IMG/VR virus record: IMGVR_UViG_3300030098_002040
Location: 44,003-64,002 of that record
Length of the DNA: 20,000 nt
Reading direction: 5' to 3' (one strand)
From: an uncultured virus (IMG/VR IMGVR_UViG_3300030098_002040)
Taxonomy: Duplodnaviria; Heunggongvirae; Uroviricota; Caudoviricetes
The notes under the pieces are model-generated. The model had not been told where the DNA came from, ran no database searches, and saw only the letters and a program-made list of their open reading frames with translations. A program made the position numbers and the translations under genes. Shown piece by piece: positions 1 through 8,241 of the stretch (position 1 is its first letter; each line of letters opens with the position of its first letter).

Positions 1-615
1 AGCAATAGTAGTTTCAAACCTTGCTTTCTCTCCACCTTCTACATTTCTAGCAGTAAGATAAGTAATATCTTCTCCCGGAAATCCTTGAACAAATCCCGCA
101 TTAACCCTTTTGTTTAAAATAAACATAGAAGAACCAAAGGGTATTGTTTTTAACCGTTCTTCTGAATTATATTCATTGCTTTTATCTTTTATATAATTAC
201 TAAAACTAACTTGATCTGTACTTGATATACTAGAAGTATCCACAATTTCTTTTGTTACATTAGAATTTTCATCTACTTTAAAAACAGTAATAAGATCATC
301 AAAATCATCAGACGAAGAATTAATAGCTATTAAAAATCTTTCATCTTCGTCTAAATTTAACCAACTAAAATGTATATCATCTGAACTACTTGACAAAGGA
401 ATATCTAAAGCACCGTCTCGGTCACTATCTTCTTGTATTGTCCCTTGTACAAACTTAAATCCATTACGTTTCTCTAAAGATTTTTCTAAAGTTACTAAAC
501 AATTATCTAATTGTTGAGCTTCGTTTAGTTGTCTTTTACTAGGAGGAGTTCTTCCAACGCCTCCACTAAGAGAATTAATTGGCAATGTAACTTTTTGAGA
601 TCTTTTTTTAGCCAT
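1..615 (-). CDS. Tail tubular protein B / nozzle (T7 gp12-like), 5' part; runs off the window edge
   Basis: Not in the ORF track. Manual translation from ATG 615 (SD GGAGAGG, overlapping the end of gp11) gives MAKKRSQKVTLPINSLSGGVGRTPPSKRQLNEAQQLDNCLVTLEKSLEKRNGFKFV...HFSWLNLDEDERFLIAI...RLKTIPFGSSMFILNKRV. This matches the gp12 N-terminal pattern I.NL.GG+S+QP...R...N......L.KR, and the gene sits directly after gp11. Confidence 0.9.
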   Translation of the reverse strand, partial: MAKKRSQKVTLPINSLSGGVGRTPPSKRQLNEAQQLDNCLVTLEKSLEKRNGFKFVQGTIQEDSDRDGALDIPLSSSSDDIHFSWLNLDEDERFLIAINSSSDDFDDLITVFKVDENSNVTKEIVDTSSISSTDQVSFSNYIKDKSNEYNSEERLKTIPFGSSMFILNKRVNAGFVQGFPGEDITYLTARNVEGGEKARFETTIA

Positions 616-3600
616 CAGGTAGTCCTCTCCATTGTCTTCTTACCCATGCATCATTGTATCCTCTGTTTCTATTTCTGTAAACAGCCTTATAAACATTTGG
701 ATCACCAGTTGTTAATATATTTTTATTATGATCAGTAATATCTTTAGCCTTAGCATTTAATTTAGTTTCCATTTCTCGCTGAGCTAATAAACTATCTACA
801 TTTAAATCTCCTACAGTTATTCTTTGATACTCTCTAACCGCAGTATCTATAATCGAAGTTTGCATAGCGGTATCTATTGCTTCCCAAGGAATAAAATATA
901 TAACTTCTACATTTCTTCCATCTGTAACTTTTGTAGTATCCCAACTTAATGTATCATTAGTTAAGTTTTTTAAATATATTTTCTTTTCACTTTGATTAAA
1001 GTAATCAGCACCATCTATTAATATATTATCAGCATCGTATTCATAATCACCTTCATCATATCCATTTATATATCTTGCAGATAAAATAGTTTTACTAGTA
1101 GGTCCAGTTTCAAGATCAAATATTTCAGCATTTTCTTGTAATATTATTTTATCTGATGCTAAATTAATAGGTAAAGAATAACTTGCTGTTGTTCCTGCCT
1201 TATCAGTATACGATACAGAGACAGTATCATTAGTACTATACTTTTGTCCAGAAGATACTAATGTAACTTCAGACGGTTGAACATTAGAAACTTTGGTAAT
1301 ATCAAATACACTAGAAACATACGAGCGTGTAATAGCAGTAGTATCTGAATCAAGTTTAACTCTCATACCTTTGGTTATTATATCCGAAGTATCATCTTGT
1401 TGATCATTAACTGCATATACTAAACCGCTTACAATAGGATTGGCATCCCCTCCTACAGTTCCTCGAACATTAAAGTTTGTGCCATCTTGAATAACAGGAC
1501 TGCCAGTAGCAGAAACAGTTTGAGTAACAGCAAACTCTGTAAGATTAGTAGTTACGGTAGGATAATTAGTATCATCATCTACCATTTCATTGCTATATCC
1601 CCAACCATAACTAGTAAAGGCATCAGAACCAACGTGATCGGTTTTATCTTTATATCGTAAAGTTAATCCTGAAATAGCCCCATCTGTAACTTCTGCTGCT
1701 CTAAAAACCACAGGTATTGTAGACGAAGCAGGAGATTTTACAGTAAGAACATCCCCAACTACATATCCAGTTCCCGGATTTACAAAAGAAAAGTCAGATA
1801 TAACACCGTTTAAAACTTCACTAATATATAAACTAGCTCTTGCATCTACACCACTAGTAAAAGCGGAGGCTACAGAGCCACTAATATGATCATTAAATCC
1901 ACCTCCTACAGTAATAGTAGTATTACCAGCTGTACCACGAGCTACTTGTGTTATAGTTAATACATTAGAAGAAGCCCCAGATATTGCAACAGTAAATCTA
2001 CTAGTGCCGTGTCCATTAGAATGATCAATAGCAGCCTTTAAAGCAGTTGCCATTTCAGCATGTGTAGGACTTCCATCAACTGCAAAAGCAATATTATCAT
2101 TTGCAAGGACTGTGCCATTGGCAGAAGAACTTGCTTCGTATGTTTTAGTTGTGCCATCAGTAGATATTAATTGAATAGTTGCAGCAAGATCACATCCTTC
2201 ACTAAAAGTAAAAGAAACTGATGCAGCAGTTCCCGCAGAAGTATCGTTTATTTCGTATTCTTGAGTAGTAGAGGCAGCATAATTTGCACCATTATGAACA
2301 AGAGTAGCTGTTTCAACCACTCCAGTATATAAAGTTTCGTCATCAGCAGCATTGTAAGTGCTATTACCATCCTTTGTATAAAAGAAAAAGGACGGAGCAA
2401 AGTTTGATTCAGCACTTAAAGCTCCACTTGTTGGATAAGAAGGATCAGCTACTGTATTTTTATTAGTACTAGTTATTTCTCTTTTCATTTTTAAAAGAGG
2501 ACCTGTAATAGCTCTTGTGCTTATTGGAGCACCCGCAGAACCATGAGTAGTACTGGTTACATCAGCATCAATATAACCTAAATTAATTGTTAAAGCTACA
2601 GATTCAACTCCTCCGGTTACTCTTTCTAGTTTAAAACTATGTGCTGTTCCTGTTGCTGCTTCTTTTTCATACCCATACCCACTATCCACAATACATTCAA
2701 TATCAACATTACCATCAGAATCTTCGAGCCCTTGAACAATTGCATTCTTAACGTCTGTTCCTGTATCCCAAACAATATAATATAACTGACGACCCGCACT
2801 ACCAGTACCGTAATCAAAACCATAGCTACCCCCAGTTGCTCCAACCATGTTTTTTAATCCAAGTGCGTTTAGATGTCCAATAGAACCGACATCATCATTT
2901 GTTGTGCCACCGTGCCATAGCCCTTCTCCTCTATAATCAGAAGAAGCTGGCATAGTTTTAATTTTTTGTATGCCCAAAGCAGATACAATAGATCTTCCAG
3001 ACTTATGATCAGATGCTGCTATAGTATAACTAAAGCTTTTCTTTTTCTGAGCGGTACTTGTTTTAGCAGGAACTGAAGTGGCATCAGGAAAATCAAATGT
3101 AATAACATCTCCTGTTTCCCAACCATATCCTCCGTCTACTAATTGAACATCTATTATTTTATCTGCTATTTCAATAAATTTAACTTTACATTTTGCTCCA
3201 GCTGAACTTGCTGTAGTAGAAGTTAAAATAGTACCAAGAAATCCAGTAGCTGTATAAGCAGCAGTACCATCGCTAGTTAAGTTTTTAGATATTTGATAAT
3301 TAAATATAGTAGGATTTAATACTTTAGTATTGACATACCCTTGTATTTGACAATGATAAGAATTACCATCGTCTCCTGTATAACTTGTAGGTAATGTATA
3401 GTTTCTAGATGTACCGTCTAATTGAGCAACAGCAGCATCAAAAGTGTACCACGTTCCCGCAGTAAATTTATCAGAATCTAATTCACCGGCATCTTCTAAA
3501 CAAAGACTTGTATTACTATCAGACTCGATATCTGGAGGTAATACATTATTTTTAATAGTAGTTGTTACTGTTGATCTACTTGTTGAACTTAAATCAGCAT

Positions 3601-4714
3601 AACTACTTTGATAAGGAGGGAATAGAACATAAGTTCCTGCTGAATTAAGTTTCCCTCTGTCTTTAAAATCTCCTAAAGTTTTAACAACTCCATCAGATAA
3701 TGTTAAATTAACTCTTGCATTTTTACCTGTTCCTGATCCACTTAAATATTCAATACTTTGATTGCTTACTTTTTTAGCATCGTAGTTAGCACCGGGATAT
3801 GATTTGGTATTTGTAGTAGAAATATTCCAAAAGTTATTAGTTGCATTAGTTACAGAAGTGCTTGTATCTAAAAGAACACTAGAATTTGTTTTCTGCGGAG
3901 CAGTAGATGCTGAGCCATCTTCAAAGAATTTTAAGGCTCCATCACTAGCAGTAACCACACACTGTACTCCACCGGCATTATATTCTTCAGCACCCCAACA
4001 ACTAGTATTACTGGTAGTATTAGCAGCACTTACTGAATCCCAGATCCATCTACCAGCACCAGAAATAAGAGGAGTTTCAAAATTATAAGTACCACCATGA
4101 TTACTATGGGCTCCAAAGGTAGCAGCAACTGGTTTAATTCTAACAATATCTCCAGTAGTAAATCCACTTCCGCTATACTGCGGATCAATACTAAAGCTTT
4201 CACATACTCCCATAAGATACGCAACATCCGCAGTGATTCCTGTTTCTGTTCCATTTAATGTTTTTACTTTAACAGCATCAGAAGTTGTAGTAGTTCCAAA
4301 CATATTAGAAACAGCATCATGTCCTGAGTCGCCTTCTTTTATTTGTTTAATCCAGTTCTTACCAAATGAAGATAGTATTAAACCATCAGAAGCAATAGTA
4401 TTTGCAGTAAACTTAACATCAATTTCCAAGCCAGTATCAAAAGTAAATCTTGAAGCTGAACCTGAATCTAGTATTGCGGTATTAGTTGTTGTAGTAGTAG
4501 GCAATCCTATACTTATAACTGAACCATGAAAAAACTTTTTAATATCTTTATTATGTAATATGCCCCTTAACTGATAGTCTCTAACAGTTTCATTAAAAAC
4601 ATATTTAGCTATCGTCAAATCAACGGCTTGTTCATCTTCAAGCCCTGTAACCATTTGCTCCCCACTGTTGAGGAGCATTCTATTAATAGCTTCTAACTTA
4701 GAAATCATTCCCAT
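608..4714 (-). CDS. Tail tubular protein A / adaptor (T7 gp11-like) with a ~1,120-aa internal insertion of repeated beta-rich domains
   Basis: The N-terminus (KLEAINRMLLNSGEQMVTGLE...AKYVFNETVRDYQLRGILHN) and C-terminus (VEVIYFIPWEAIDTAMQTSIIDTAVREYQRITVGD...D....KNIL) match the two halves of gp11. The gene lies between the capsid terminator and gp12 and has SD AAGGAG. Confidence 0.85.
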   Translation of the reverse strand: MGMISKLEAINRMLLNSGEQMVTGLEDEQAVDLTIAKYVFNETVRDYQLRGILHNKDIKKFFHGSVISIGLPTTTTTNTAILDSGSASRFTFDTGLEIDVKFTANTIASDGLILSSFGKNWIKQIKEGDSGHDAVSNMFGTTTTSDAVKVKTLNGTETGITADVAYLMGVCESFSIDPQYSGSGFTTGDIVRIKPVAATFGAHSNHGGTYNFETPLISGAGRWIWDSVSAANTTSNTSCWGAEEYNAGGVQCVVTASDGALKFFEDGSASTAPQKTNSSVLLDTSTSVTNATNNFWNISTTNTKSYPGANYDAKKVSNQSIEYLSGSGTGKNARVNLTLSDGVVKTLGDFKDRGKLNSAGTYVLFPPYQSSYADLSSTSRSTVTTTIKNNVLPPDIESDSNTSLCLEDAGELDSDKFTAGTWYTFDAAVAQLDGTSRNYTLPTSYTGDDGNSYHCQIQGYVNTKVLNPTIFNYQISKNLTSDGTAAYTATGFLGTILTSTTASSAGAKCKVKFIEIADKIIDVQLVDGGYGWETGDVITFDFPDATSVPAKTSTAQKKKSFSYTIAASDHKSGRSIVSALGIQKIKTMPASSDYRGEGLWHGGTTNDDVGSIGHLNALGLKNMVGATGGSYGFDYGTGSAGRQLYYIVWDTGTDVKNAIVQGLEDSDGNVDIECIVDSGYGYEKEAATGTAHSFKLERVTGGVESVALTINLGYIDADVTSTTHGSAGAPISTRAITGPLLKMKREITSTNKNTVADPSYPTSGALSAESNFAPSFFFYTKDGNSTYNAADDETLYTGVVETATLVHNGANYAASTTQEYEINDTSAGTAASVSFTFSEGCDLAATIQLISTDGTTKTYEASSSANGTVLANDNIAFAVDGSPTHAEMATALKAAIDHSNGHGTSRFTVAISGASSNVLTITQVARGTAGNTTITVGGGFNDHISGSVASAFTSGVDARASLYISEVLNGVISDFSFVNPGTGYVVGDVLTVKSPASSTIPVVFRAAEVTDGAISGLTLRYKDKTDHVGSDAFTSYGWGYSNEMVDDDTNYPTVTTNLTEFAVTQTVSATGSPVIQDGTNFNVRGTVGGDANPIVSGLVYAVNDQQDDTSDIITKGMRVKLDSDTTAITRSYVSSVFDITKVSNVQPSEVTLVSSGQKYSTNDTVSVSYTDKAGTTASYSLPINLASDKIILQENAEIFDLETGPTSKTILSARYINGYDEGDYEYDADNILIDGADYFNQSEKKIYLKNLTNDTLSWDTTKVTDGRNVEVIYFIPWEAIDTAMQTSIIDTAVREYQRITVGDLNVDSLLAQREMETKLNAKAKDITDHNKNILTTGDPNVYKAVYRNRNRGYNDAWVRRQWRGLPDG

Positions 4715-4729
4715 TATAGTGCTCCTTAT

Positions 4730-4771
4730 AAAAAACTAAAAACCCACTCTCCCCTTTCGAGGAGAGAGGGC
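4730..4771 (-). terminator. Intrinsic terminator after the major capsid gene (T-phi analogue)
   Basis: Minus strand reads CC-CTCTCTCCT-CGAA-AGGGGAGAG-T-GGG followed by TTTTTAGTTTTT. It occupies the same position as T7 T-phi, between genes 10 and 11. Confidence 0.9.
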
Positions 4772-4811
4772 GAATGTCAATATAATATTATAAATTAAAA
4801 TAATATAATTA

Positions 4812-6341
4812 TTATGACTTAACAAATGCTCCCGGTATTGCACCAAGACCAGCAGGAATATTATTTGAGTATGCAATATCAAGAGCAGGAGCTCCATTAA
4901 ATAGTGCATTTCCATACAGGTCAAGAAGAATACAGCCCGAAGCTGCATCTAAAGGAGCACTGTTGTACTCTACTAATGTTAAATCGTCAGTATCAGTTTC
5001 ATTCATTTCTAATGCACCGCCACCAATAGCATCAACTTCAGCAGTTGCAGAACCTTTGTACTTGATACCATCAAGGACAACACCTGTGCATTCTGGTTTA
5101 AGAATACCAGTACCGCCCATCATAGAAGCAACAGTAAAGGTAGTATTTCTACGAACATCATCTACTGTATCAACTTTAAGACCTTGTAGTCTAATAGAAG
5201 CAATAGATGAAGCTGTAAACATAAGTGCTTTAATACCAGCTTCAAGACCTTGAACATTGTACTTGTCTTCACCAATAACTGGTACAAGATTAGTATCAGG
5301 TGATGCCCCAGGATTTGTAGCAGCAACAGTTGCATAGTTTGCAACAGGTAAGTGGTTGCTCTTAACAATAGTAACACCCATGTAAACTAGAGTATCACCT
5401 AGTCCAAACATACCTTGAGATAAACCAGCACCTAAGCCACCCATGTCTTCAGTTCCACCGAAGAAAGGTCTACGACCGCCATCATCAAGATCGCCGGTTG
5501 CACGAGCGACACCAAGAGCACGGATATCTTGGAAAGTTCTTGGTTCAACTACTAAGAAGTATGGTTCTTCAGGAATGTTAGCTTCTTGTTGACGTACTAA
5601 GAAGTCTTCCACATATTGAAGAAGTTCTAAAGCAGCTGTAGTTCTATTTGCAGCAGATGCAGTGCCACTTCCTAAGTATTGGAAGTTGTCACGAGTTCTA
5701 GCAAATCCAAACTGGTGTCTTGGTTGCATGCCTCGTGTACTAGCTACACCCGCAGTAACAGTTCCCCATTTAGTTGAAGCGGAACCTGTACTGCCTCCGT
5801 CTGCTTCGTCAAAAGCTAAACAAAGTGTAGTAATAGCACTTTTTTCAAGCTCAATACTGTTACATACAGCACGAGCTACGAAAGATGCAAGTTGTCTATC
5901 ACGAGTAGAAGCAAGACGCAAACCAGCTTGACGTGCAAGCTCTGCTCTGTATTCCCACTGTGATACCATTTGGTCAATGTTGTCTAGCTCAAAGTGAGCA
6001 GCCATTGGACGCTTGTCCAAAGTAACAACAAATGAATCTGAAATTGGTGAGTTGCCGTCTTTATCGCTACCACCACCAAGCTCTTCACCCGCAGACCAGA
6101 CAGCGTTAAGACCTACTGTACCAGTGATTGGGAACTCCATTTGCATGCCACTTGCAATGGATCTACTTGTAACCATTGACTCAAACATATTATATTCGTC
6201 ATACGCATTGATGACTTCACCCGACCATATCGGGAGCCACAAACGACCCGGAGCACCCGGAGTTGTAGCAGTATGGAGTGAAGTATCTGCTCGATACCCG
6301 ATATCTCCATGAAGCAAAATTTGATCTGAACTAAATGCCAT
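4812..6341 (-). CDS. Major capsid protein (T7 gp10-like, HK97 fold), enlarged (~509 aa)
   Basis: Motifs LWLPIWSGEVINAY, RSIASG..MEFPITG, ELARQAGLRLA..RD, MGVTIVKSNHLP and MMGGTGILKPEC. It follows the scaffold gene. ATG 6341 after SD AAGGAG is preferred over the track's TTG 6347. Confidence 0.92.
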   Translation of the reverse strand: MAFSSDQILLHGDIGYRADTSLHTATTPGAPGRLWLPIWSGEVINAYDEYNMFESMVTSRSIASGMQMEFPITGTVGLNAVWSAGEELGGGSDKDGNSPISDSFVVTLDKRPMAAHFELDNIDQMVSQWEYRAELARQAGLRLASTRDRQLASFVARAVCNSIELEKSAITTLCLAFDEADGGSTGSASTKWGTVTAGVASTRGMQPRHQFGFARTRDNFQYLGSGTASAANRTTAALELLQYVEDFLVRQQEANIPEEPYFLVVEPRTFQDIRALGVARATGDLDDGGRRPFFGGTEDMGGLGAGLSQGMFGLGDTLVYMGVTIVKSNHLPVANYATVAATNPGASPDTNLVPVIGEDKYNVQGLEAGIKALMFTASSIASIRLQGLKVDTVDDVRRNTTFTVASMMGGTGILKPECTGVVLDGIKYKGSATAEVDAIGGGALEMNETDTDDLTLVEYNSAPLDAASGCILLDLYGNALFNGAPALDIAYSNNIPAGLGAIPGAFVKS

Positions 6342-6404
6342 GATCAATCTCCTTTTATCATATATTATAAATTAAATAAAAAAAATTAAAAACAATATAC
6401 GACA

Positions 6405-6472
6405 TCTATCTTAGAATTATTCTTTCGAGTTCTTTGATAAAAGGAAACCATTCAATATCCCCTAAGAATATT
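6405..6472 (-). promoter_or_regulatory. Candidate structured RNA leader upstream of the capsid gene (two stem-loops)
   Basis: Hairpin AATATTCT-TAG-GGGATATT (6454-6472) and interrupted stem TTTATC-AA-AGAA-C-TC-GAAA-GA-ATAA-TTCT-AA-GATAGA (6405-6441) with a GNRA loop. Confidence 0.4.
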
Positions 6473-6492
6473 TATTGTTTCAAACGCATTAA

Positions 6493-7476
6493 TTAAAAGT
6501 GACCCTGTATAATTCCTTGAGAAACATTAACTCTTTGTTGTACAGCTTCTCGGAATCGAGGATCAACTTTGTATCTTGGGTTTCTCATATCTGCTATCAT
6601 CTCTTGTTGACTTGCATACCCTACAATTTGTTTAGCTTTAGCCTCGCTCGCTTGTCTCCTGTTTGGAGTAGGTGATGGCTCTTGTTGCCTCATACTAGAA
6701 GCAGCTTGATTGTAGCGTTGTTGTAGCCCCATAAGAGTGGTAGCATAACTAGGAGAGCGAAGCTGTGAATTAATAGCATCACGCTCCGCTGGCTCAAGAT
6801 TATCTCTTGCCCAGCCTAAAATATTATTGAGGTTTTCTTCACCTCCAACGTGACCCGCAGCAGTACGGAAAGCTTCTTTACTAGCTGCTTGTCTTCCATA
6901 AACAAAATGATCAATTACTTCGTCAGTAACACCCATCTTTGCTTTGATTTCATTTCTACTCTCTGGAGTCAATGCTCCATTCGATTCAATTTCTTCTCCC
7001 CATCTGTTCCATTCGTTTACAGTAACTTTATCTAAAGAAGTTTCTGTTTGCACTGGTTCTGGTGGAGCATCAATTTGCAACTGCTCGCCTTTTTGTGGCT
7101 CAGCTACAGGTGTTTCCACGGCAGGTTTATTTGCATTAGGATCATAGTTTGGATTTGCTATTCCATTTTCATTATATTGAGTCTTAAGCTCTGCAATTTC
7201 TTGACGAGCTTGAGTATAATTTTTCTGTGCTTCAAACAAACTATTAAACCATGCATCCGCTGTTTTAAAATTAGCGGGTATTTCCTTACCCTGATCTCTA
7301 ACATGCGAGAGGAATGCCTTTTTCTCATGATTATATTGTGCAACATCTTCTTGAGGAATGCTTTCTGGTATTCCACTCTGAGATTGTTCCGGTGTAGATT
7401 GTTCCGCAACCAATTGTTCCGTTGGAGTTGGTTGTTCTGGAGTCTGTGGAGTCTCATTACTTTGCTGATCAGTCAT
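6493..7476 (-). CDS. Capsid assembly scaffold protein (T7 gp9-like)
   Basis: Acidic, Gln/Pro-rich N-terminus, VGGEENLNNILGWA motif and C-terminal capsid-binding motif YASQQEMIADMRNPRYKVDPRFREAVQQRV. It lies directly upstream of the capsid gene. Confidence 0.9.
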   Translation of the reverse strand: MTDQQSNETPQTPEQPTPTEQLVAEQSTPEQSQSGIPESIPQEDVAQYNHEKKAFLSHVRDQGKEIPANFKTADAWFNSLFEAQKNYTQARQEIAELKTQYNENGIANPNYDPNANKPAVETPVAEPQKGEQLQIDAPPEPVQTETSLDKVTVNEWNRWGEEIESNGALTPESRNEIKAKMGVTDEVIDHFVYGRQAASKEAFRTAAGHVGGEENLNNILGWARDNLEPAERDAINSQLRSPSYATTLMGLQQRYNQAASSMRQQEPSPTPNRRQASEAKAKQIVGYASQQEMIADMRNPRYKVDPRFREAVQQRVNVSQGIIQGHF

Positions 7477-7489
7477 CTATTTCTCCTGT

Positions 7490-7927
7490 TTATCTGGCAG
7501 ACGCACTGCCAAAATAAAATCCTATAATTGCAAGCAATGCTTGCCTGTTTTCTTCTGCAAAGAGATATCCATTAATCTCTTTAAATACAGTTTTTTCTTC
7601 GCCTCCGAAAAGACCGAATAAAATTTCACCTGATTTTTCTTTTACTTCAACAACAATAGGTAAGTCAAACATTGGAGCTAAGAATGGAGCATACATACAA
7701 GCAAATAAAACTGAAAGAACTATAATCCTTCTAGTTAATTTACCTGCATCAATGCCAACTCTTTTAGCTGCACTATTCGCAGTATCATCTGAAGCTTTTT
7801 GAGCTTGCAATGCCAGCTTCATTCTTTCCTGCTCGTTTTTTCTTTTCTCAGCTTGTTGTTTAAAAATAAATCCAACAGCTGAACTACCTAACATTGTTAA
7901 AACATCAGGGGTTAACATATCAAACAT
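7490..7927 (-). CDS. Putative holin-like membrane protein
   Basis: Hydrophobic segments (RRIIVLSVLFACMYAPFLAPMF; ALLAIIGFYFG) and a C-terminal IIGFYFGS motif resembling 3TM (GTA-type) holins. SD GAGGAG. Confidence 0.55.
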   Translation of the reverse strand: MFDMLTPDVLTMLGSSAVGFIFKQQAEKRKNEQERMKLALQAQKASDDTANSAAKRVGIDAGKLTRRIIVLSVLFACMYAPFLAPMFDLPIVVEVKEKSGEILFGLFGGEEKTVFKEINGYLFAEENRQALLAIIGFYFGSASAR

Positions 7928-7929
7928 CG

Positions 7930-8142
7930 TCAGTTCTCCTCATCAACATCTGGTTTAATGGGGAGATGATCTCTTGGATGATGATTAGGAAGATTAGTAT
8001 AGATCTTTAAGTTAACAGGCGTACCCATTTCTTTTTCTATTTTCCACATATAATAATTTTCAGCTGTGGTAAATATAAGCATAGTTAATAAACTACCAGA
8101 AAAGATTCCTGCAAAAAAAGATATAAACTTTTTCTTAATCAT
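7930..8142 (-). CDS. Small single-TM membrane protein, hypothetical
   Basis: Basic N-terminus MIKKK followed by hydrophobic FISFFAGIFSGSLLTMLIF. Its start overlaps the upstream stop (ATGA) and its stop lies 2 nt before the holin-like start. Confidence 0.6.
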   Translation of the reverse strand: MIKKKFISFFAGIFSGSLLTMLIFTTAENYYMWKIEKEMGTPVNLKIYTNLPNHHPRDHLPIKPDVDEEN

Positions 8143-8240
8143 TTTTTATCCCCTTTAGATTTTGTGGTGAATACCTTGGCAACCTTACGCAAGATGCTGC
8201 CTTTTTGTTTATCTTTATCTTTACTACAATTACATCCCAT
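8139..8240 (-). CDS. 33-aa basic Cys-containing peptide MGCNCSKDKDKQKGSILRKVAKVFTTKSKGDKK
   Basis: Below the track cutoff. It fills the gap exactly: the ATG is 1 nt after the upstream stop and the TGA overlaps the next ATG (ATGA coupling). Confidence 0.65.
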   Translation of the reverse strand: MGCNCSKDKDKQKGSILRKVAKVFTTKSKGDKK

Positions 8241-8241
8241 A

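Noticed and set aside
1157..4528. gp11 insertion as an intein or self-splicing intron
   Set aside because: No Cys/Ser-start Hint block, no His-Asn end and no LAGLIDADG or HNH motifs. The frame is fully open and the composition is that of a structural beta-rich protein.
4712..4730. AAGGAGCACTATAATG as a T7-type RNAP promoter (CACTATA core)
   Set aside because: It coincides with the SD-ATG spacer of gp11, lacks the G-initiating +1 and was not seen repeated at other intergenic sites.
4775..4780. Perfect TTGACA on the minus strand as a sigma70 -35 box
   Set aside because: There is no -10 element 16-18 nt downstream; that position falls within the terminator hairpin.
8220..8240. MGCNCS as a eukaryotic N-myristoylation signal implying a eukaryotic virus
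   Set aside because: SD sequences, operon coupling and the T7-like gene set indicate a bacteriophage, so the match is probably coincidental.
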